A stretch of DNA of 64,000 bases from Candidatus Margulisiibacteriota bacterium. Lineage in GTDB: Bacteria; Margulisbacteria; WOR-1; O2-12-FULL-45-9; XYB2-FULL-48-7. Numbering within the stretch: the first letter of the stretch is position 1; the number at the start of each line of letters is the position of its first letter. The position numbers and the translations under genes were made by a program. Location of the stretch: NCBI GenBank assembly GCA_025453605.1, contig JALOPZ010000002.1:388631-452630 (forward strand), in the 5' to 3' direction. This document shows positions 10,099 to 17,720 of the stretch, one piece after another. The notes under the pieces are model-generated. The model did not search any database. It had not been told where the DNA came from and was given only the letters and a program-made list of their open reading frames with translations.

Positions 10099-11721
10099 TT
10101 AAACCGCTTCGCGGACCAGGCGCAATTCCTGGCCGGGATTACCCAAATTGGACTCGGCGCAGAGCCGGGCGATCACGTCAGTCAGCAGCTTCTGCTTGCC
10201 GGTCAGGAACGCGACCGGCCCCCGGGCCTCGATCGCCGCCTTGACCACGGCCAGCTCTTCCTGGGCTTCCTGCAGCATCTTGGCGTTCGCCTTGTCGCGG
10301 AGCGAATCGAGCTCGGTCTGCGACAGAGCGACGCCGAGCTTTTCCAGATTCCGCAGGACCGTCTTGATCTTCTTTTCCGTGATCGACCAGGCGCTGCCGG
10401 ACAGCTTAGCATAGGTCGCCCGCTCTTCAAAGCCCTCGCGCAGCATTTCCATCAGTCGATAACGGGCCAACCCTTTCCCCTCCGTCTCGATCTGTTCTGT
10501 ATTGCTGACGCCGAGCTTGATCAGCCCGTTCTTGAGCTTGATCATCTTGAACTGGGTTTCCAGGATTGTCCGGGAGTCGCCGTTGACCGCGCGGCGCAGA
10601 TAGAGGGCGCGGAGCTTATCGGTCAGGATATCTTTTTCCTCGTCGGCCGTGTACTGGTACTGCCGCGGCCGTTCGTCGGCACTTCCCCCCTGCCCGCCGG
10701 CCGCCGCCTGGGCCCCCTGGTTATGGGCGATAACCGGCAGCAAGCCCTGGTCGAGACTGATGTCGGGGAGGCGCTGCATAAAGCCCTGGATGTCGAAACC
10801 GATCTTCTCGCCGAGCTTGAGGACCTGGTCGATCTCCTTGACGATCTTGTTTTCCGGCTGTTCGCCGACAGTCTTGCTGGTCAACCCCTCGGTCAGTTTT
10901 TCCGCCACAAAATCCTTGAGCTCCTGGGACTGGTCGCCTGTTTGGCGGTCGACCGCCCCTTTCAGGTCGCCCTCCCGGCCGCCGAAATCGTAACCGCCAA
11001 GCTTGTCGTTAAAGAAAGCAAAATCGATATACCCCTGGACCTCTTTCTTGCTGAGCAGCTCTTCGACCGATTTGCCGGGGGCGCAGAGCTGCTTGATGTA
11101 GCTCTGCTTGACCTGGCGCATGATCTCGGAGCGGACCGAATTGGCGGCGTTGAGCTTGACGCTCTGCAGTTCCTTGGGCGAAAAGCCTTTATCCTTGAGG
11201 AGCGAGGTTTCCAGCTGCTCCAGCTTTTTCTTCGCTTCGCCGCCGCCGGAGACTAAAAATTGCGAATAGGCGCCAAGATATTCCTTGACCGCCGCCCGGC
11301 TCGCCGGCCGCTGGTCAGCCTGCTGGCCGTCGGAACCGCCCTGCTGGCCGGGATCCTGCTTGGCCTTCTGGTTCTTACCGACATAATAGTCGGCCGACTT
11401 GATCTCTACCCGGTCACGGCCGCCCTCTTCCTTGTTCTCCAGGGCAAAGCCGAAATCCTCTTTCAGGCTCTGCATGATCTTGTTCGCCGGCATCTGCTGG
11501 GCCAGGCGGGCGGCGATCTGCGCCAGGATATGTTCCCCGGCTTTGCCTCCCCCTTTCTCCAGCGCTTTTTGCAGAGCGCTTTCGCTCAGAACGTTGCTCT
11601 GTTCCTGGTTCTGATCAACTTTTTTGTCGAGCGTGTTCTGGAGCAGCGTGTCCAGGCTCTGAGCCTGCGCCAGATTGGCGGCGACCGCTAACTGTTGATT
11701 ATTGGCTTGTTCGATCCCCAT
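10099..11721 (-). CDS. Hypothetical all-helical protein with three internal modules
   Basis: 540-aa ORF tightly packed with neighbours; modules end GFSPKEL, GVSNTEQ, GVALSQTEL; Gln-rich N-terminus. Confidence 0.85.
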   Translation of the reverse strand: MGIEQANNQQLAVAANLAQAQSLDTLLQNTLDKKVDQNQEQSNVLSESALQKALEKGGGKAGEHILAQIAARLAQQMPANKIMQSLKEDFGFALENKEEGGRDRVEIKSADYYVGKNQKAKQDPGQQGGSDGQQADQRPASRAAVKEYLGAYSQFLVSGGGEAKKKLEQLETSLLKDKGFSPKELQSVKLNAANSVRSEIMRQVKQSYIKQLCAPGKSVEELLSKKEVQGYIDFAFFNDKLGGYDFGGREGDLKGAVDRQTGDQSQELKDFVAEKLTEGLTSKTVGEQPENKIVKEIDQVLKLGEKIGFDIQGFMQRLPDISLDQGLLPVIAHNQGAQAAAGGQGGSADERPRQYQYTADEEKDILTDKLRALYLRRAVNGDSRTILETQFKMIKLKNGLIKLGVSNTEQIETEGKGLARYRLMEMLREGFEERATYAKLSGSAWSITEKKIKTVLRNLEKLGVALSQTELDSLRDKANAKMLQEAQEELAVVKAAIEARGPVAFLTGKQKLLTDVIARLCAESNLGNPGQELRLVREAV

Positions 11722-11723
11722 GT

Positions 11724-12767
11724 TCAGTTCCCCGCCCCGAACGGATAGATGGCGCGCGCCAGCGCCAGGTTCGCTTCGGCTTTCTCGCGTTCGCCTTTCT
11801 GCTTATAGGCCTGCCCGAGCAGGTAGTGCGGCAGCGCCTGATAGAGATACGGGTTCTCGACCGGGCTGTCCCACTTCTTGCCAGTGACCTCGGTCATGAT
11901 CTCGATCACCTGATCGGCCTTCCCCTGCATCAGGAACATGGTCGCAAAGACATCCTTGGCCGGAATATTTTCTTTATCAGCGGTATAAAGCTCCATTGCC
12001 GCCCGGCCGGCCGCCTGATATTCACCGAGCTGCAACAGATTGATCGCGATCTTCTCCTTAGCTTGCAAGACCAGGTCGGCAGCGGCTCCGAGCGTAACCA
12101 CCTGGCGGTAATGCTCGATCGCCTCCGCCTTGCGGCCGACCTCGGCCAGCGTGTTGGCCAGAAGAAAATGATAATACGGATCGGTCGGATTGGCGGCGCA
12201 GGCGGTGCCGTAGAGCTCCAGATAGCGTTCCCGTTTGGCCGCCATCTGCTCCGCCTCGCGCTGCTTACCCCAGTGATAAAGGGTGATCGGCAGCGCCGGG
12301 CCGCTGACGACCTTACCAGCCGCGTCGACCAGCTGCTCATTGATCGGCCTAACAAAGTGAATACCGAGGCCGTTCCGGAAAGCCTTGACCCGCTGGTAGC
12401 GGAACCCGTTCTGCGTCGTGCCGTAAGGGGCTTCGCACATCGTGATCTCGTAAGCCTCGGCCTTCCCGTTCTCAATGGCCGTACGCAGCTTCTTCAGTTC
12501 TGCGGTCTCCAGATACTCATCGGCGTCGATCCAGATGATCCAGTCGCCGGTCGCGTGCTTGAGCGATTCGTTGCGGGCGGCGGCAAAATCCTTGATCCAG
12601 GGGAAGTGATAGACCCTGGCGCCGTACTTTTCGGCAACCGCCACGGTCTGATCGGTCGAGCCGGTGTCGACCAGGATGAGCTCGTCGACCCCCTGGGCCA
12701 GCGCCGGAAGGACCAGCTGCAGAACAGCCGCTTCGTTCTTGACGATCATGCAGGCGGAGATTTTCAT
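11724..12767 (-). CDS. GT2 glycosyltransferase with C-terminal TPR repeats
   Basis: ISACMIVKNEA, VDTGSTDQT, WIKDFAAARNESL, IDADE, then TPR-like helices (PTDPYYHFLLANTL, HYLLGQAY). Confidence 0.92.
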   Translation of the reverse strand: MKISACMIVKNEAAVLQLVLPALAQGVDELILVDTGSTDQTVAVAEKYGARVYHFPWIKDFAAARNESLKHATGDWIIWIDADEYLETAELKKLRTAIENGKAEAYEITMCEAPYGTTQNGFRYQRVKAFRNGLGIHFVRPINEQLVDAAGKVVSGPALPITLYHWGKQREAEQMAAKRERYLELYGTACAANPTDPYYHFLLANTLAEVGRKAEAIEHYRQVVTLGAAADLVLQAKEKIAINLLQLGEYQAAGRAAMELYTADKENIPAKDVFATMFLMQGKADQVIEIMTEVTGKKWDSPVENPYLYQALPHYLLGQAYKQKGEREKAEANLALARAIYPFGAGN

Positions 12768-13153
12768 CAGACCGCCACCTTGACCCGGGTCGGGTTAAGC
12801 TGTTGAGCGGCACGGCGGACCAATTTGGTATCGCCCTGTTCTTTTTCGAGCGTCTTGGTCAGCTGGGCCGCGTGCTGGGCCCGCAGGGCCTGCGCTTTGC
12901 GGATGTAGGAGTTGAGCCGTTCCAGCTTGATCAGGATCTCTTTTTTGTTGGTGCCGAAGATGCTCATCTCGTATTCAAGGTTCGATTTTTCCATGTAGAA
13001 ATCGCCGGTGATCCGGTCGATCGCTTCCAGCTTCATCTCCGAGAGCACGGCCGGCCGGTAATCGTGGCTGATGCCGAGCCGCTCCGCCTGGACCAGGAGC
13101 TGGTTCTTCAGTTCGGTAATGACTTTTTTCTGCGCTCTTTTTTTCTTGCTCAT
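12767..13153 (-). CDS. Hypothetical basic coiled-coil protein (128 aa)
   Basis: Start reassigned to ATG 13153 (MSKKKRAQKK), which overlaps the upstream stop as ATGA. Confidence 0.8.
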   Translation of the reverse strand: MSKKKRAQKKVITELKNQLLVQAERLGISHDYRPAVLSEMKLEAIDRITGDFYMEKSNLEYEMSIFGTNKKEILIKLERLNSYIRKAQALRAQHAAQLTKTLEKEQGDTKLVRRAAQQLNPTRVKVAV

Positions 13154-13680
13154 GCCAGTATCTCGTGCATCGTTTCGTCGTAAATGGTCTGCCGCATCGC
13201 CGTGTGGTTCTGGTCGATCTGGTCGGCGCGGACCTGGGAGCGGAGGTCGGAGAGCTCTTCGGCGCTGACACCGAAGTGAGCAAGCTGGTCCATGACGTTG
13301 CCGACGAGCCATTCGGAGACGCGGGCCAAAAGCCGGTTGTGCGAAAACATGTTGCCGTAGGCGCCGACGTAGGCTTTCTTGAAGCGGTTGACCAGCTCTT
13401 CGCGCATGGTGGCCGGTTTGGCGCTGTCGAGCTTCCCGCCGACAGTGGTGGTAGCTGACGCGAGCAGTGAGGTAGAATCGTCAAGCCCGGGGACGACCGC
13501 CTTAAAATCGGCGCCGCTATTATCCTCGACCCATTTCAGCTGCGATTCCCTAGTCGCGGCAGCGGATTTGTCGGTCAGCGACTGCTGTTCTTGCGGCTTT
13601 TGCTGGCCAAGCGCCAACTTCGCCTGGAGGGCGTACTCTTTGGCTCCCGAAAATCCGCTGGTAAGTGCTAGTTCGCTCAT
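13150..13680 (-). CDS. Hypothetical protein with one copy of the module found in 10099..11721
   Basis: 176 aa; KAYVGAY...GVSAEELSDLR; directly downstream of a sigma-28-like motif. Confidence 0.85.
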   Translation of the reverse strand: MSELALTSGFSGAKEYALQAKLALGQQKPQEQQSLTDKSAAATRESQLKWVEDNSGADFKAVVPGLDDSTSLLASATTTVGGKLDSAKPATMREELVNRFKKAYVGAYGNMFSHNRLLARVSEWLVGNVMDQLAHFGVSAEELSDLRSQVRADQIDQNHTAMRQTIYDETMHEILA

Positions 13681-13697
13681 AGCTCTGCTCTAATAAT

Positions 13698-13726
13698 ATA
13701 TCGGGCCAAGAGGGGGAAAACTTGCA
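13698..13726 (-). promoter_or_regulatory. Sigma-28-like promoter copy 1
   Basis: TGCAAGTTTT-N11-CCCGATAT, 17 nt before ATG 13680. Confidence 0.8.
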
Positions 13727-13754
13727 TCAAAAGAGCGTTTTTTTGTAGGCTAGA

Positions 13755-16031
13755 TCAGGCTTTTTTCGGCTTCTTTTCGGGAGCTTTCTGCAACTGGCGG
13801 CTCCGTTCGGCCCGTTCCGCGTTGCTCCGTTTATCGGCCGCCTTAGCGGTCGCTTCCCGTTCCTGCTGCCGTTTCTCAGCCGTTTTCTGGTCGGCGCGGC
13901 GGCTGGCCGCCTTTCTGGCTTCGTTGGCCGCCTCCACTTTTTTGTTAGCGGCGATCTCGTTGCCCTTTTCGGTAAAATCTTCCTTATCCTGATTATATTC
14001 GCGCTCGTTAGCTTTGCGCACATGCGCCCGCTCCCCGGCCAGGCGGAGCCCCATCCCGTTGCCGCTCTTGTAGAGCTGGCCGAGCAGGTGGACGACCCAG
14101 TTCTTGGTGTAGGCCGTGCCGGAGGTCGCGGTCGTCGAGTTCAGGCCAACAAACTGCATCCCGGAGTAAGCCGGGTGGTAATAATCCTCGTTCTGCTTGG
14201 TGTTCATCGTCACCCCATAGAGCGAGCTGACGATCGAACGCCAGTAAACCGTTTCGTCATTCGGGGATAACCTGGTCGCGCCTCCACCCGATCCGTTATT
14301 GGCGATCAGGATAACACTATCGGCAAATTTTCGGTCGTAACCGTAAGCGGCTGTCCGCTGCTCCGCGGCATACTTGTGAACGTTATAAACATATGCGCCG
14401 TTCACCGGGGTCCATTTAATATCTTCAGTAAAATCGGCCCCGCCCGGCCCGCCAAATTCGCCATAGCCGATCGCGACCCATTTCCCCTCTTTATCCTGGA
14501 CATAATCGTTGGTCCCGATCGTCACCGGAATCCCGCTGACCGCCAACCCGATCCCGAGGTCGCCGCCATAATTTACCTGGTTCGCCTCGCGAGCATAATA
14601 ATTTCCGAACCAGCTCTTGATAAAGGCATTAGCCTTGTCGTAGAGCTTCTTGCGGTTCAGAAAATCCTGCTTTTCCGCGTCGCTTAGCTCATCGACGTCC
14701 GTGTTGTCATATTGCTCCTGGGTCAGGCCGGAATAAGTGTACCGCCAGGTAAAAAGGTTCTGGCTGGCCAGGTCGGAATCCTGATCGACCGATGGGGTAT
14801 GATCGTTCATCCGATAATTTTCGTAGTCGCCCAGATAGTCGTTGAACTGGCGGGCCCCCATCGCCTGGGAAAAATCCCAGAACCGCATATTATCCAGCTG
14901 GGAGAGACTTAAACCAGCATTTTTGTTCCCTTCCCAGTACGCAGTCATGTGATTGGTGACGGTATGCTGGAGCTGAAAATAATTGGTAAAAAGGGAGATC
15001 TCATGGTAGTTATAATACGGCTTGTGCGCCCGAACAAAGGCATCGATATGCGTCATCATCTGTTTGTCATTACGCGTCTGATCGACCGGGCCAAAGACCT
15101 GTCGCTCCATGAACCAGATCCGGCGTGACGATTCCTTCATTGCCAGGGTGAGCATCATCTTACCGGTGGCGTCGAGGCCATTATAAGCCCCGCTCATGAC
15201 GATGTCGTAAAAGCTTTTGTTGCCAAAAGTGCTGTTCAACCAACTGGTCAACCGGGTAAAGCTCCAGCTCTCACCGGTCCAATCGCTAAGCAGCCCTAAT
15301 CCCTCGTCCCCATTGATAAAGTAGGCCTGATTGGCATCAGCCGCCCCTACCGCGTCCGGTGTCCCCGGCCGTTTGGCCCGGCTTAGGTGGTTCCACTCGC
15401 CGGCAGCGACCCGGAAATCGAGATTTTTGTACGATAACCCCATGTTCTTACCGGCCGAGACATTGGCCTGCTCATTGCTGCCGGGGCCGAACGAACCGGA
15501 TTTGTGCCGCTGGCCGGAGACCCAGTTATTGCGCCAATCGTTCAGGCCGCTACTGCCGGGATGCGACGCCTCCCAGGCTTTGAGTGAGACTTCGTTATCG
15601 ACCACGCCATTTTTGGCTAATCGTTTCATTTCTTCGTAATACCGGTACATCTTTTGGTCGTCCGCGTTGCTGCTCCCGGCCTTGCTCTTCCAATCGTCGG
15701 TGAACTGGCGCCATTCACTACCGTCGTTTTCATCGATCGTAAAGCCCCATTCGTTGAACTCTTTCAGCCAGTCATCCGTGACTCTGGTCGTTTCTTTGCC
15801 GTTCTGCAGCGCGACTCCCTCGCCTTCGTCGGCAAACGCGGTCCCTTCACAGTACATCTGCTCAAAGCCGGGGAGCCACTTCATCATCTCCTGGCCAAAA
15901 TTGGCCAGCCGGGCTAAGCCGGCATCTTTGGTGAGAAAGTTCTGCAGGTCGCGGGTCCGGGGCATAAGCTTGCGGCGCGGCGGCCGCAGCTGATATTCGT
16001 CCGTAGCGAGGAGGTTATTCCACGACGTCAT
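13755..16031 (-). CDS. Hypothetical Trp/Tyr/Asn/Asp-rich protein with a charged C-terminal coiled-coil tail
   Basis: 758-aa ORF; AGGGAG RBS; no signal peptide; no family recognised. Confidence 0.85.
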   Translation of the reverse strand: MTSWNNLLATDEYQLRPPRRKLMPRTRDLQNFLTKDAGLARLANFGQEMMKWLPGFEQMYCEGTAFADEGEGVALQNGKETTRVTDDWLKEFNEWGFTIDENDGSEWRQFTDDWKSKAGSSNADDQKMYRYYEEMKRLAKNGVVDNEVSLKAWEASHPGSSGLNDWRNNWVSGQRHKSGSFGPGSNEQANVSAGKNMGLSYKNLDFRVAAGEWNHLSRAKRPGTPDAVGAADANQAYFINGDEGLGLLSDWTGESWSFTRLTSWLNSTFGNKSFYDIVMSGAYNGLDATGKMMLTLAMKESSRRIWFMERQVFGPVDQTRNDKQMMTHIDAFVRAHKPYYNYHEISLFTNYFQLQHTVTNHMTAYWEGNKNAGLSLSQLDNMRFWDFSQAMGARQFNDYLGDYENYRMNDHTPSVDQDSDLASQNLFTWRYTYSGLTQEQYDNTDVDELSDAEKQDFLNRKKLYDKANAFIKSWFGNYYAREANQVNYGGDLGIGLAVSGIPVTIGTNDYVQDKEGKWVAIGYGEFGGPGGADFTEDIKWTPVNGAYVYNVHKYAAEQRTAAYGYDRKFADSVILIANNGSGGGATRLSPNDETVYWRSIVSSLYGVTMNTKQNEDYYHPAYSGMQFVGLNSTTATSGTAYTKNWVVHLLGQLYKSGNGMGLRLAGERAHVRKANEREYNQDKEDFTEKGNEIAANKKVEAANEARKAASRRADQKTAEKRQQEREATAKAADKRSNAERAERSRQLQKAPEKKPKKA

Positions 16032-16049
16032 GCCTGCTCCCTAGCGGGG

Positions 16050-16376
16050 TTACCCGCCAAACAGGGAGAAGAGCTTATTGGAGAGATCGAGATCGTTCTT
16101 CTTGATAGCGAGGAGGCGATCGATCACGGAGAGCGTATCGGAGTTCCACTTGTCGGCCAGATAGGTGGCGGCCGCCGAGTCTTTTCTCACGATGTGGCCC
16201 TGGATCTCGACCGTTTCGGTCGTGTCGTCCGACATCGCTTCAACATAGGTCTTCATGTCCTGGTTGAACTTCTGCCAGAAATCGACGATCTTATCGGTAA
16301 CGCTGCTGGCGTCCTTTTCGTAGGAAGCCCCCTGTAGCTGGGATAATATTGCGTAACCGCTCTGAATTTCACTCAT
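16050..16376 (-). CDS. Small helical-hairpin protein, paralog of 16464..16799
   Basis: 108 aa; AAGGAG RBS; aligns without gaps at both ends with the upstream 111-aa protein. Confidence 0.85.
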   Translation of the reverse strand: MSEIQSGYAILSQLQGASYEKDASSVTDKIVDFWQKFNQDMKTYVEAMSDDTTETVEIQGHIVRKDSAAATYLADKWNSDTLSVIDRLLAIKKNDLDLSNKLFSLFGG

Positions 16377-16429
16377 CTTTTTCCATCTCCTTTTCCGTCC
16401 GCTTCAACCAGGGTTGCCTGATTTAAGAG

Positions 16430-16456
16430 GACGGGGCCCCCGGAGGGGCCACCGTC
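16430..16456 (-). terminator. GC-rich stem-loop (partial terminator or mRNA stabiliser)
   Basis: GACGG-T-GGCCCC-TCCG-GGGGCC-CCGTC just after the stop of 16464..16799; weak U-tract (CTCTT). Confidence 0.65.
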
Positions 16457-16463
16457 AACATTC

Positions 16464-16799
16464 TTACAGCTTCTGGGACAGCTTCGCATTGATCTGCTTG
16501 TCGAGGTTCGAGGCAGAGGCCAAGCCGCTCGCCTGGTTCTGCTGCCGCATGCTAAATTGTTCATTGACGTACAGGAAAGCCGAACCGTCAACCTTGACCG
16601 CTTTCCCGGCGCTGGTGACCACGCAACCGGCCGCATTCGCTTCGGCAGTCGTGTGACCTTTTCCCGCGTTGTAATCCGAAGCCTGGATGTCAGCACCAGA
16701 GTTCGCGTCAACGCCTTCGAAAGCATTGATGACCTGGTTTTGCCACGCATCGGTCTTTTGGTCCATCTTTATAAAAGAATCTGTCATATCTACGCTCAT
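16464..16799 (-). CDS. Small helical-hairpin protein, candidate major polymer subunit
   Basis: 111 aa with its own promoter, structured 5' UTR, AAGGGGGTGA RBS and 3' hairpin. Confidence 0.85.
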   Translation of the reverse strand: MSVDMTDSFIKMDQKTDAWQNQVINAFEGVDANSGADIQASDYNAGKGHTTAEANAAGCVVTSAGKAVKVDGSAFLYVNEQFSMRQQNQASGLASASNLDKQINAKLSQKL

Positions 16800-16870
16800 G
16801 TTCTTTCACCCCCTTTTAGTTTGGCCCGCCTGTCGAGAGCGAGCCTGATCTCCGATCCCCTTCCAATTGC

Positions 16871-16899
16871 TTATCGGGTCGAGCCCCGCAAAACTTGCA
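16871..16899 (-). promoter_or_regulatory. Sigma-28-like promoter copy 2
   Basis: TGCAAGTTTT-N11-CCCGATAA. Confidence 0.8.
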
Positions 16900-16901
16900 T
16901 C

Positions 16902-17156
16902 CTAGACAACGGTATTTTGGACCAGCATCCCGGGGAGCGGCAGCCCGCCGAGCCCGGCCATGTAGCTTTTCACTTCGTGGGCCGCCGGCATAATAGCGTC
17001 GAGCTTGGCGCCGGCGCCGGCCGTCCCCGACCCGTCATTCCCCAAACCGAGCGCCTGGGAGACGTTATCACCGAGGGAATTAAGCGAGAGACCGCCTCCG
17101 CTCAGGTCGATCCCGTATTTGCTCTTGAGAGACTCTTCGGCGCGCAGCATGCTCAT
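16902..17156 (-). CDS. Hypothetical Gly-rich small protein (84 aa)
   Basis: Start reassigned to ATG 17156 (MSMLRAEE), 10 nt after the -10 box of promoter copy 3. Confidence 0.7.
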   Translation of the reverse strand: MSMLRAEESLKSKYGIDLSGGGLSLNSLGDNVSQALGLGNDGSGTAGAGAKLDAIMPAAHEVKSYMAGLGGLPLPGMLVQNTVV

Positions 17157-17166
17157 GGCACTGTTA

Positions 17167-17195
17167 TTATCGGGGGGAGAGGCGGAAAACTTGCA
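17167..17195 (-). promoter_or_regulatory. Sigma-28-like promoter copy 3
   Basis: TGCAAGTTTT-N11-CCCGATAA. Confidence 0.8.
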
Positions 17196-17216
17196 TTGCG
17201 GAGGTGACAGGGAAAA

Positions 17217-17415
17217 CACTAATTCTCACTAATTTGTCCGCTCGCGAATAACGCTAATGGGATTTTCACTAATTAGGCGAAGCACTCTAATTGACGCTTA
17301 TATCGCGAATATTGAGTAACATTAAATAATTAGCGTAGATTAGTGATGATTAGCGTCTTTAGCAAAATCCCATTAGCGATATTAGAGATCCTGGGTAATT
17401 AGTGATAATTAGCGT
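17217..17415. repeat. AT-rich palindromic element made of short repeated units
   Basis: Left half repeats C[A/G/T]CTAAT(T); right half repeats (A)ATTAG[T/C/A]G; perfect 15-bp inverted repeat CGCTAATGGGATTTT (17252-17266) / AAAATCCCATTAGCG (17364-17378). Confidence 0.85.
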
Positions 17416-17720
17416 TTTGAGGGGTGGCCCAGGTCATTTAGGAGCTGGCGGATCCGGTCTATCGACGATTCCAGGGCTTTTTCTTCTTCTTCGCTGAAGC
17501 TGAAAAGCTTTTCCAGCTTCTCTTCTTTCTGCTTGTTGAGGTTCAGCAGAGCGGCCGAATTACCGTCGGCAATTTGCAGGTTGGCCGACTTGGCCAGCTG
17601 GCTCAGGTTCGCCGCAAAGCTCGGGCCGTTCTGGGCCTGGCTCGACGAACTCTGCTTATTGGCCGGCTTGATCGCCGCCGCGTCGTTGATAATATTCGGA
17701 TTCACGTTCCCGATGTTCAT
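17409..17720 (-). CDS. Hypothetical small protein
   Basis: 103 aa; ATGA overlap with the giant ORF; Asn/Ser-rich disordered N-terminus then PSFAANL and a helical C-terminus. Confidence 0.82.
   Translation of the reverse strand: MNIGNVNPNIINDAAAIKPANKQSSSSQAQNGPSFAANLSQLAKSANLQIADGNSAALLNLNKQKEEKLEKLFSFSEEEEKALESSIDRIRQLLNDLGHPSKR

Noticed and set aside
16050-16799. WXG100/T7SS substrates, type IV pilins or canonical flagellins
   Set aside because: No central WxG, no prepilin cleavage site or hydrophobic N-helix, and too short and lacking flagellin terminal motifs.
17217-17415. Possible CRISPR array or tRNA
   Set aside because: Units are under about 10 nt and inverted between halves; no repeat-spacer pattern, cas genes or cloverleaf.
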